Shown: positions 18,101-24,924 of the stretch, piece by piece
Numbering within the stretch: the stretch's first letter is position 1
How the letters are laid out: each line of letters starts with the position of its first letter
Origin: an uncultured SAR86 cluster bacterium
GTDB lineage: Bacteria > Pseudomonadota > Gammaproteobacteria > Magnimaribacterales > AG-339-G14
DNA: 64,000 nt
Assembly: GCA_902526045.1 (NCBI GenBank)
Contig: CABZJI010000001.1
Span: 189,248-253,247, forward strand
Reading direction: 5' to 3'
Position numbers and translations under genes: made by a program
Notes under the pieces: model-generated
Databases searched by the model: none
Told to the model about the DNA's origin: nothing
Seen by the model: only the letters and a program-made list of their open reading frames with translations

Positions 18101-19694
18101 CGATGAAACCGATTGCAGAATGTACGGAGCCGTCGTTACAACTTTTGATACATCAGCGCAACCTAACGATACCGAGCTAGCAATGATGGTCAGAGATCCG
18201 GTGACTTGGCTTGAAACTTATAAAGTTGGTCAGACTTATCTCTCAACAAGTAATCAGACACTCAGTAACTTCACCCTTTGCCATGAACTAGCCTGTGGCG
18301 ATGATACTAGTGCCTTGGAATCTTCCTATGCAACCCAAGTTTGGCTCATGGGTTCGGGCGACCCCGAAAAAGTTGATTGGCTCAATAATGCCAATGTCAG
18401 AGACGGCCTGAGGGTGCACAATTATGTGCGTCTCTTTTATGATCAAGAGCCCGACACAAGAACCAGCTTAACAAATTCAGCTTACGATCGAGATGGAATG
18501 GATTATTCCAGAAAGAATAATCTGGTTGCAAACACTAGCGCCATTACTAAATCAGACTACAAAAGTTTATCGGATTTTCGCAGTACAGATTTTTATGCCT
18601 CGACGGCAAGCAGTTACAGCGGATTTTTTTCAGGCATCTTAGAATTCTATGTAACCGGGACCGGGTACAACACAATTCCGATGGTTTCTCTAAGGCCTAG
18701 CAGCACATTAGCCACCTTTTCTTTTGACAGCACCAACGATGATGTCCAGATTGTAGCGCCAATGAAAGTCGCAGCTTTTCCAACAAATTATTTCACTTCA
18801 GGTCTTGCGGGTATCCCTTGGGCACAAAACGGCTATACCATTTCAAATCTTAATGACAAAACGATTACATTAAAATTTGGTGACGCAGATAACACTGCTT
18901 CAAAATCTGCGTATTTTTCTCATGAGGTTTTTGGTGCAGAAATTGTGGATGACGGAGCTCAAATTGATGGATCATCGGGCGGTCTTGGTAACCTAGCTGG
19001 AGTAATGGTTTCCTATAACACGTTTGAAGAAAAGCAAAGAAATCTCTTCGATGACGGCAGCGACGATAGCTCGCTTGGCAGTGGAGCCTTAACTGCTAGA
19101 GAAATGCCAAATACAGATTATTCAACTTGGGGACTATGGGCCATGGGGGCCAACGATATCATCGATGATAATACGCAGTCTGCGGACAACCAAGCACAAG
19201 TTCATTTAGGAACTTGGGTTGCAGGAGAATTAGTTGATCAAAGTGAAATACCATCTTCAGGCACAGCTTCTATGAAAGGGGCCGCTGTTTTTAGGGTAGC
19301 TTCCAGATACGGGGAAACAGGATTCAATGATAAAACGCAAAAGTATGTAACCACTGCCAACGTTGACGCATCTTTCAACTGGGGCTCTGGTTCGTATACT
19401 GGAAATATCGCTTTTAGCGGTTTTGATCATTCCAATGGAATTGTGAATAATGCAGGCTTTGCATCTTTTAATATAGCCATTAACGGATCAGGCAATACGT
19501 ATTCCGGTAATTCCACAACATCTATATCAAACGGTTGGTCTGGAGGAGCAAGTTTGGTTGGTGCACTATACGGCGGTAGCAGCGTGGATGAGAGCGGAGG
19601 TCAAGTAAACGTTAATTTATATAAAACGAGTAATTCAAATGGTTCAGGAGAAAATGATTTTTATGTGGCAGAAGGAGTATATTTGATCGACTAA
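12195..19694 (+). CDS. giant secreted/surface protein (2,499 aa): FecR-like domain, polyacidic spacer, six cadherin-like repeats, orphan Cys-paired region, TbpB-type C-terminal beta-barrel
   Basis: A single 7.5-kb ORF. The TTG at 12195 sits 10 nt after a GAGGA Shine-Dalgarno. The alternative ATG at 12234 (MSKKGLHF...) has no SD. The signal-like segment is ILFSALLLIAGVIGA/QE. Segment-level evidence is listed in the next four features. Confidence 0.9.
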   Translation: MRSNMTRCHNIKIMSKKGLHFLALSKPSTILFSALLLIAGVIGAQERIGVAAAVDTTTTDLTLEQERKLVDEGYKIIQNHTIETDEKGKAQMLLIDGTAFTVGPNSSVTLDSFIYNPETAEGSLTVTSKGLMRLVGGKVTKNNPAIIRTNAATVGIRGGIVFVDSEGETTEASFIYGDEMTVTPTLNQDGTYVLTRNGFVVVVDDPLEDVEDVSLLTAEQLLSMQESLQGSPEEEEESEEEASEEGESEDEAEEESEEEGESEDEESEEESETEEESNEEESESEDESESKESEDSSEESSEESDSSESDSESEDSPDSEDSSADESTETEEQQTDGASDSDADQDAVETDSETDSEPEIDESALDSSGISDNSSDVEPDELTTATDIETGADIDVATDTETESSEETEVVEDVSEVAQETVQDTSQQEETAEAAEGTPIADALAGETPTSLAADITVAPTLLENTTNVSIATIDVETTGNNQISVEIVGEDSDKVTFNEATQEILLVSGLDFEDDDTLDITVVISDAFGNDQTEDLIVSVTDQNEAPVLSSMEHNNLLSVNASINDIQANGSNISETTEVGSVVASIAVTDQDGDAVQYSLSGVGSENFAISSAGEITLAAALNFESESLFTLEVTSSDGINEMTEQVTIYVINDNEAPSLTLDTDVFSISEGTALNSILWTAVGVDPENSSINYSLSGGGDKFSIDSSGKITLTDSLDYETKTSYELTIFASDGLFSVPKIITVTVTDSNDAPSLSSSVAFNSFLENTSVGTTIATATATDPENNTLTYSLSGTGSDKFTVDSNGNVTLASALDYETATSYAINLNVSDGTNSVTDVLNINVGNVSEFSYSGSLVSGTQAENISTGTVILNSSVSGAEGTVSYSLSDPDNKFAINSSTGEVTLANALDYEVKTSHSFTVSVTDGSSTTSNTFSLSLSDVSFGSLVAALASSSFSESASVGTAVSSVSSIEADGSPTYSITAGNGASKFTVNSSTGAITTAAALDFETAKSYDLTLTASLGGQTTSTTVTVPVQNVEDFESLGIRYNPNHSGSVSTTGAWLQTASPNTNMQEEQGLKVDQAAANNKEGLLANTSGYFVSLVDGDGQYGASITYDRLDFNYKIPICDSSCTYGKLFYTPSQSNFETSNDEAKFVWYDSDMGTPNDINYDEDEVINAGAYFSRDSVGSAKYPFWWMMTDKAAVSTTHWPLTEPEIHDWSSIKLLCIGVAYQYCSNQLTQAGNGLEDISVTSLAPTSYDQLEDVSNLSQYNIIVDTDYYYRSAAEHEADKDDFVDWMKLDSSILYIKIYSESSYAANSDVTTGTQSWVQAIGGDFTVSSSNHTGSGGWRSMGGTLTNDKLHRSFNDIKLGVNTPGKAITSATNGIPMFCNSNTITGSGFSEPCITAYFNNDDLDSGVKADLFIVGDSHSIFGYGNSLHTGQDNEEIVVKLINGALDRTQTTYTTYEDQINIATEAYTDSQFNAFTNNGTTKRVVAFAPIPIEVTDDQAGNTYSHYFYPNFVPVVNTTVDTALERQYRRSHHGGRFSETMDYCEALGLSVSESSECGSGNVYKQYTWMEQALEDPDSSGNGADIKGGRFQAFYNEDRWVQDDLNLGSSLWYQVLNPNGKGVGIHAQFLLQDCFNTQAQCDDGYKGMADDGLREHQQTFFSVSIGTLDKRSSDTTRYSAGDTGYAFSGGTYFSHEWNTMDVNISDDLNKIMSGYIPMECVSSFNSGCLFASEAQWDSSASNRPIGMMMTNSDPYKKSDMTLGVLMDGYRDTSPFVTAPPMNQMMISQRIASSTSNVISGAPITDSYYGPWNNQGWSLYHDEAVSTYSPAMSSIPHIIAVSARVPSLNTTIWYQTGTSYQWTLKVNSSGYLDLTAWHGSHNKGFTFTASDNQLSVDTDYGFIFEYVGGSCSNNCDASSLFTVKVVNMSTGAVSTPNGSWSYTQHNNLGSSVLSGSGDLYFLSCSDETDCRMYGAVVTTFDTSAQPNDTELAMMVRDPVTWLETYKVGQTYLSTSNQTLSNFTLCHELACGDDTSALESSYATQVWLMGSGDPEKVDWLNNANVRDGLRVHNYVRLFYDQEPDTRTSLTNSAYDRDGMDYSRKNNLVANTSAITKSDYKSLSDFRSTDFYASTASSYSGFFSGILEFYVTGTGYNTIPMVSLRPSSTLATFSFDSTNDDVQIVAPMKVAAFPTNYFTSGLAGIPWAQNGYTISNLNDKTITLKFGDADNTASKSAYFSHEVFGAEIVDDGAQIDGSSGGLGNLAGVMVSYNTFEEKQRNLFDDGSDDSSLGSGALTAREMPNTDYSTWGLWAMGANDIIDDNTQSADNQAQVHLGTWVAGELVDQSEIPSSGTASMKGAAVFRVASRYGETGFNDKTQKYVTTANVDASFNWGSGSYTGNIAFSGFDHSNGIVNNAGFASFNIAINGSGNTYSGNSTTSISNGWSGGASLVGALYGGSSVDESGGQVNVNLYKTSNSNGSGENDFYVAEGVYLID
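12402..12749 (+). other. FecR-like beta-sandwich segment of the giant protein (aa ~70-185)
   Basis: The pattern KAQMLLIDGTAFTVGPNSSVTLDSF...LMRLVGG...ATVGIRGGIVFV...ASFIYGDEMTV resembles the FecR (PF04773-type) consensus. Confidence 0.6.
12885..13505 (+). repeat. polyacidic Glu/Ser/Asp/Thr low-complexity tract (aa ~231-437)
   Basis: The run SPEEEEESEEEASEEGESEDEAEEESEEEGESEDEESEEESE... is GAA/GAG/GAT/TCN-rich DNA. The 19-mer GGCGAAAGCGAAGACGAGG occurs at 12930 and again at 12972, a 42-nt offset. Confidence 0.9.
13554..15311 (+). repeat. six tandem ~98-aa cadherin-like repeats (aa 454-1039)
   Basis: The recurring frame is YSLSG.GSDKF.IDS.G.ITL...LDYE...SY.L.V..SDG. Repeats 1-3 end in the linker motifs VTDQNEAP, VINDNEAP and VTDSNDAP; the linkers of repeats 4-6 are degenerate. 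Confidence 0.8.
19119..19691 (+). other. TbpB-family (transferrin-binding-protein-B-like) C-terminal 8-stranded beta-barrel segment (aa ~2309-2499)
   Basis: The motif series matches the TbpB/fHbp/hemophilin barrel. It reads YSTWGLWA...HLGTWVAGE...IPSSGTASMKGAAVF, then ANVDASFNWGSGSYTGNIAF, FNIAINGSGNTYSG, GGASLVGALYGGSSVDESGGQVNV and YVAEGVYLID. Confidence 0.7.
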
Positions 19695-20311
19695 GGAATC
19701 AGCCACCTGGAAGACAAAGCATCATTTTGCCAAACGTGTTTTGCGCGCCTGTGACCGCTCCCCTTTAAATGTAGAAATTCAAGGGAATCAAATTGAAAGA
19801 GCACTACGCAAAAATTGGCGTAGCCCAATTCCAAATCTAAATTTTTCGCATCGATATCAAACGCATTTGGATCGTCTATCGATAATCCTGGCGCATCGGC
19901 AACCGAGTAACACTCTTTGGACATTTCTCTGGTTTCAGCCCAAGCAGCTTCAGTGACTGCATCTTGATGATGCACTTCAGCTGAACCAAGCATCCTTAAT
20001 TGAATTTTTATGCTGGGGTCGTAGCCTTGCATCGTTGCTGCTGGATTAGCTTGTAATTCTTTTACTTTAGGTGAGCGCAAATCGGTATGGAACCGAATGA
20101 TTCTAGAATCTTGGACGAAATCACGCAGCACGACGGTGCGAGTTTGAATACCCTCTTCTGAATGGCTGGAGATCACCGGCGTATGGAACAAATTTTTGGC
20201 GTTTCGGATTGCATCTTCTAAAATAGACTCTGCAGATTGCAACGTCTGCTCAAGCGAATCGTAGTGCGAAGGTAAGTCCGGCATAATGGTGGTAGTGTAG
20301 CCCAACATCAA
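19691..20311 (-). CDS. pyridoxamine 5'-phosphate oxidase-like FMN-binding protein
   Basis: 206 aa. RTVVLRDF...IIRFHTDLRSPKVKELQANPAATM...IQLRMLGSAEV parallels the PdxH core. The track start is TTG at 20311; an ATG one codon later (20308) is more likely. Confidence 0.65.
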   Translation of the reverse strand: MMLGYTTTIMPDLPSHYDSLEQTLQSAESILEDAIRNAKNLFHTPVISSHSEEGIQTRTVVLRDFVQDSRIIRFHTDLRSPKVKELQANPAATMQGYDPSIKIQLRMLGSAEVHHQDAVTEAAWAETREMSKECYSVADAPGLSIDDPNAFDIDAKNLDLELGYANFCVVLFQFDSLEFLHLKGSGHRRAKHVWQNDALSSRWLIP

Positions 20312-20316
20312 AAAAA

Positions 20317-22488
20317 ATGGATGCTAATCATATACTTGAAAGTTTAAACGAAGCTCAACAACAGGCGATTAAGTCTGATGCCAAGCAGTCGTTGATTTTA
20401 GCGGGTGCCGGTTCGGGTAAAACTCGGGTCATTACTCATAAAGTCGCATGGCTATCGAGCATCCTCGACATCAATCCCATGTCGATCATGACGGTGACGT
20501 TTACCAACAAAGCGGCGCGTGAGATGCGTGGCCGAATCGAAGGGATTTTGGGGGAACAATTACAAACCATGTGGTGCGGCACGTTTCACGGTTTGTTCCA
20601 TCGTATGCTGAAGATGCATTGGCAAGAAGCAGGATTGATTAAAAGTTTTGCCATCTTAGACGGCGACGACCAATTGCGGGTTATCAAACGCGTTATGAAA
20701 GAAATGAATATCGATCTGGATCAATGGCCGCCCAGTCAAGTGCAATGGTTTATCAATAAACAAAAAGAAGAAGGGCATCGTAAAGCTAAAATCAGTTCTA
20801 ATAATTCTTACCTCGAAGAGAAAATGGCGGAGATCTATGAAAATTACCAAGCCGTTTGCGAAGCTGAAGGTTTGGTCGATTTTGCCGAGATTTTGTTGCG
20901 TTCCTATGAGCTTCTCAATAACAACGATGGCCTACGCGATCATTATCAAAGGCGGTTTGAGTACGTTCTGGTCGATGAGTTCCAAGATACCAACGAAATT
21001 CAGTACTTATTATTAAGACAAATAGTCGGTCCCAACGGCTGCATCATGGTGGTTGGCGATGACGATCAAAGTATTTATTCATGGCGGGGAGCCAAAAGCG
21101 GGAACATTAAACGTTACACCAAAGATTTTCCTAAAGCCGATGTTATCAAGCTTGAGCAGAATTATCGGTCAACCAAAAACATTTTATCTGCTGCTAATTC
21201 GGTCATTAAAAATAACCCCAGCAGAATGGTTAAAGAATTATGGAGCAACAACGAAGAGGGAGAGATGGTGAAGGTTTACCGTGCCTTTAACGAAAGGGAC
21301 GAAGCAAAGTTCATCGTCGATATTATTAAAGACTGGGTTAAAGAAGGCGGTTGTCTATCAGAATGTGCCATCATTTACCGCTCAAACGCTCAATCTCGAT
21401 CTTTGGAAGACTCCATCTTGCGCGCCGAACTACCGTATCGAATTTACGGAGGCGTGCGATTCTACGAAAGGGCAGAAATTAAAAATGCCCTTGCATACGC
21501 TCGCCTAGCTGTGGATCGAAATAACGACGCCGCCTTTGAGCGAGTAATCAACGTACCCACCAGAGGGATCGGTGCTAAAACGATGGATAATTTACGTGAG
21601 GCAGCAAGACAAGCGGGCTCGTCGTTATGGGAAGCAGCTGAAGAGATGGCTAAAGCTAACAGTTCCGGTCGAGCAGCTTCATCTTTTCAAACGTTCATTG
21701 ATCTCATCAACAAGATCGCCACTCATAAAGATACCGAGGAATTAGGTTCTTTTTTCAGCGACTTAATTGAAGCGTCCGAGTTAAAAGAATTTCACGGCAA
21801 GGAGCCCGGAGAAAAAGGTCGATCGCGGGTTGAGAACTTAGAGGAGCTCATCACGGCAACCTCAAACTATTTTGGTATTGGCGAAGATGATACCGACGAA
21901 AGAACTACCTTAGAGTTATTTCTCGACCAAGCCGCTTTGGATGCCGGCGAAACCCAAGCCGATGAAAACGAGAAAGCCATTCAACTGATGACCTTACATT
22001 CATCCAAAGGACTGGAATTTCCATTGGTCTTTATCGCCGGTTGTGAGGAAGGTTTGTTCCCACACCAACGCTCCTTGGACGATGCCGGTCAGCTTGCTGA
22101 AGAGCGTCGCCTTTGTTATGTGGGGATGACGCGTGCAATGCAGAGCTTGTATATGACCCATGCTGAAGTCAGGAGTTTGTACGGGAGTGATTCTTTTAGT
22201 CCGGTCTCCAGATTTATCAAAGAGATTCCAGAAGAATTAAAGTATGAGATTCGATTGGCAGCGGAAAAAGAACACCAAGACTTAGGTTTTAAACCCAGGA
22301 TTGTCGGTGGCACCGATGTAGCCGATACGCCTTTTGCTTTGGGGGATAGAGTGACGCATAACATGTTCGGAGAAGGCATCATTTTGAATTATGAAGGCCA
22401 AGGGGATAATGCTAGAGTGGAAGTCAATTTTGATGCGGGGGGCAGCAAATGGCTGGTAGTCAGTTACGCAAATTTGGAAAAAGTTTAA
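20317..22488 (+). CDS. uvrD: ATP-dependent DNA helicase II (UvrD)
   Basis: 723 aa. It has Walker A AGAGSGKT, DEFQDTN, QNYRS, TLHSSKGLEF and VGMTRA, plus a UvrD-type C-terminal GDRVTHNMFGEG extension. Confidence 0.92.
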   Translation: MDANHILESLNEAQQQAIKSDAKQSLILAGAGSGKTRVITHKVAWLSSILDINPMSIMTVTFTNKAAREMRGRIEGILGEQLQTMWCGTFHGLFHRMLKMHWQEAGLIKSFAILDGDDQLRVIKRVMKEMNIDLDQWPPSQVQWFINKQKEEGHRKAKISSNNSYLEEKMAEIYENYQAVCEAEGLVDFAEILLRSYELLNNNDGLRDHYQRRFEYVLVDEFQDTNEIQYLLLRQIVGPNGCIMVVGDDDQSIYSWRGAKSGNIKRYTKDFPKADVIKLEQNYRSTKNILSAANSVIKNNPSRMVKELWSNNEEGEMVKVYRAFNERDEAKFIVDIIKDWVKEGGCLSECAIIYRSNAQSRSLEDSILRAELPYRIYGGVRFYERAEIKNALAYARLAVDRNNDAAFERVINVPTRGIGAKTMDNLREAARQAGSSLWEAAEEMAKANSSGRAASSFQTFIDLINKIATHKDTEELGSFFSDLIEASELKEFHGKEPGEKGRSRVENLEELITATSNYFGIGEDDTDERTTLELFLDQAALDAGETQADENEKAIQLMTLHSSKGLEFPLVFIAGCEEGLFPHQRSLDDAGQLAEERRLCYVGMTRAMQSLYMTHAEVRSLYGSDSFSPVSRFIKEIPEELKYEIRLAAEKEHQDLGFKPRIVGGTDVADTPFALGDRVTHNMFGEGIILNYEGQGDNARVEVNFDAGGSKWLVVSYANLEKV

Positions 22489-23555
22489 TCGTTATTGTCG
22501 CGATGACGCTCTTTGCTTGCACAGACTCAGGCAGCGAAGCGGTCGGTGTGACCGATAATAAAGTTTATAAATGGCGCATGGTAACGACTTGGCCAAAAAA
22601 TTACCCTGGCGTTGGATTAGCTGCAGAAAATTTATCCCGTTACGTGCAAGAGATGAGCAACGGTCGTTTGCAGATTCAAGTTTACGGCAACGGCGAACTG
22701 GTACCTGCTTTAGAGGTATTCGATGCTGTCTCTCGAGGCAGTGTACAACTAGGACATGGTGCCTCATATTATTGGGTCGGAAAAGTACCATCTGCTCAAT
22801 TTTTTACAGCCCTCCCTTTTGGCATGAATGCCCAAGAGATGAACGCATGGTTGCATTACGGTGGTGGCCTTGAGTTGTGGCAAAAAGCCTACGCTCCATA
22901 TAACTTACTGCCTTTGACTGGCGGTAACACGGGCGTGCAAATGGCCGGATGGTTTAACAAGGAAATCAATTCTTTGGAAGATATTAAAGGAGTGCGCATG
23001 CGTATCCCCGGATTAGCAGGAAAAGTTTTCACTCGAGCTGGCGGTGAATCGGTGTTGATGCCGGGCAGCGAAATCTTTACCAATCTACAAACAGGAGTCA
23101 TCGATGCTGCCGAATGGATAGGACCTTACAACGATTTCACTTTTGGCCTTCATCAGGCGGCTAAATACTATTATTACCCCGGTTGGCATGAACCCGGTGC
23201 AGTGCTGGAAACCCTTGTGAACAAGGAGGCATTCGAGTCATTGCCCCCAGACTTACAGAGTATTTTGAAAGTCGCTGCCCGCGCTGTGAATCAAGATATG
23301 CTCGATGAGTATACGGCCAGAAACAATCAAGCCCTTGAAACTTTGATTAACGACCATGACGTGCAACTTCGTAAACTGCCGGATGATGTTTTAAGAAGAT
23401 TTAGAGAGATAACCAATGAGTTGGTTGATGAATTAGCTGCAGAGGATCCGTTATTTCGAGAAATTCGTGATTCCTTCACTGAGTTTCAAAAAAACGTCAG
23501 TAATTATCACGAGATATCTGAAAAAGCTGTTTATGAAATGCGCGATTTAGATTAA
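22449..23555 (+). CDS. TRAP transporter substrate-binding protein (DctP family), probable lipoprotein
   Basis: 368 aa. The DctP-type pattern is KWRMVTTWPKNYPGVG...GELVPALEVFDAVSRG...GWFNKEI...AEWIGPYND. A lipobox-like LFAC is present. The annotated start overlaps uvrD by 40 nt, so the exact start is uncertain. Confidence 0.88.
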   Translation: MAGSQLRKFGKSLIVIVAMTLFACTDSGSEAVGVTDNKVYKWRMVTTWPKNYPGVGLAAENLSRYVQEMSNGRLQIQVYGNGELVPALEVFDAVSRGSVQLGHGASYYWVGKVPSAQFFTALPFGMNAQEMNAWLHYGGGLELWQKAYAPYNLLPLTGGNTGVQMAGWFNKEINSLEDIKGVRMRIPGLAGKVFTRAGGESVLMPGSEIFTNLQTGVIDAAEWIGPYNDFTFGLHQAAKYYYYPGWHEPGAVLETLVNKEAFESLPPDLQSILKVAARAVNQDMLDEYTARNNQALETLINDHDVQLRKLPDDVLRRFREITNELVDELAAEDPLFREIRDSFTEFQKNVSNYHEISEKAVYEMRDLD

Positions 23556-23836
23556 GCGTATTTTTTGACCAACCAAATCCCAATTAACGTAGAAACCGAA
23601 AACCTCAAAAGATAAAGTAATAGTGCTGGCAAGGTATAGATGAATTCTATGTAAGCTCGAAAAAGACTGTTTAAGTTTTTAAACCATTCGATGAGAGGAA
23701 AGAAAACGTTTAGATGAACTTGCAGATGCTCTTCAAAATTAATAGGCCCCACAACGAGTGCATGAAGCGCAAAAAACAACAGATAAAAATCACCCCAAAT
23801 TAAAAAATAACCAAAACCTTTTAAAAAATTAGTCAT
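23552..23836 (-). CDS. hypothetical small membrane protein
   Basis: 94 aa with 2-3 hydrophobic helices. Its ATG lies inside the last codons of the dipeptidase gene (8-nt overlap), which suggests translational coupling. Confidence 0.45.
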   Translation of the reverse strand: MTNFLKGFGYFLIWGDFYLLFFALHALVVGPINFEEHLQVHLNVFFPLIEWFKNLNSLFRAYIEFIYTLPALLLYLLRFSVSTLIGIWLVKKYA

Positions 23837-24920
23837 CAGCCAAGCGTCTGACTTCTTTCCAGACCCTCAAGATGTTGCCGTTCATTATTTTTTTGATGTC
23901 TTCATCGGAGTAGCCGCGCACCAAGAGCTCTTTAATGAATTGAGGGTAAGTTGATACGTCTTCAAGGCCAACCGGCAATCGTGGGATGCCGTCATAATCA
24001 GAACCTATCCCAATGTGATCGATCCCGACTAAATCGACGACTCGGTCGACATGGTCAACCACATCGGCAATGGTCACTTTCAAGTCAGGGTTATTTCTAA
24101 CGTCACGAATAAAGTAGTCGCCAAAATTCAGTTGCAAAACACCATTGTTTTTAGCCAATGCAATCATCATTTCATCGGACACGTTGCGCTCAAAATCTGG
24201 CACAAAGTGCCTTAACGAGGAATGCGTGGCTACCGTTGGCGCACTCGATAATTCAAGCACTTGGAAGAAGGCTTCGTCAGAAACGTGAGAAATATCAATC
24301 ATCATTCCCAGGCGGTTCATTTCTTTGACGACTTCAATACCAAAAGGACTCAGCCCATCCCATTGACGAGTTTCATCGTAAGAAGAATCAGAAATATGAT
24401 TACTTTTAGAATGTGTCAGCGTGATGTAACTGATCCCTTTATCGGCAAAATACTTAAGTCGTTCAAGTTTTCCTTCCAACGGACCACCGTTTTCCATACC
24501 GTATGCAATACCGACTTTTTTATTAAACGTACTTTTATCGATATCCTCTGGCGAACTGACAAAATAAAAGAAACGATCATTCTCTTCGATAATGGCATTC
24601 ATAAAATCGATCACCTTGTTGGCAGTATCGAATGCGACCCCGTTGGTTTCATCGATTGCCGGCACATAAATGGCAAAGAAGGGTACGTTCAAACCTCCTT
24701 CAAGCGCTCTCGGTAAATCAAAATGTATGCTGGTTCTTCTGGTGATGTCTTCAAATGAGCCGGTGTCCATTTGTTGTTTGTATAAACGATAGGGCGTATC
24801 GATGTGCGTATCGATAATCGCATTTTCCAGACTCATTTCGATCGCCTTTCTTTCAAGCGACCGATCACAGCCAATCAATAAGATAAGGCCAGATAAAACT
24901 AAAAAACTTGTTACTTTCAT
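23829..24920 (-). CDS. membrane dipeptidase (peptidase family M19), lipoprotein
   Basis: 363 aa. M19 motifs are present: IDTHIDTPYRL, TLTHSKSN, DISHVSD, ATHSS and GIGSDYDG. The lipobox is LLIGC followed by Asp at +2. Confidence 0.9.
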   Translation of the reverse strand: MKVTSFLVLSGLILLIGCDRSLERKAIEMSLENAIIDTHIDTPYRLYKQQMDTGSFEDITRRTSIHFDLPRALEGGLNVPFFAIYVPAIDETNGVAFDTANKVIDFMNAIIEENDRFFYFVSSPEDIDKSTFNKKVGIAYGMENGGPLEGKLERLKYFADKGISYITLTHSKSNHISDSSYDETRQWDGLSPFGIEVVKEMNRLGMMIDISHVSDEAFFQVLELSSAPTVATHSSLRHFVPDFERNVSDEMMIALAKNNGVLQLNFGDYFIRDVRNNPDLKVTIADVVDHVDRVVDLVGIDHIGIGSDYDGIPRLPVGLEDVSTYPQFIKELLVRGYSDEDIKKIMNGNILRVWKEVRRLADD

Positions 24921-24924
24921 GCCT

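Noticed and set aside
22449-22488. The 40-nt overlap between the uvrD 3' end and the annotated dctP start, considered as a possible functional overlap.
   Set aside because: This is more likely start-codon uncertainty. The signal/lipobox segment (IVIVAMTLFAC) begins after the overlap, although no canonical alternative start was found that preserves a full signal peptide. It remains unresolved and is not claimed as a feature.
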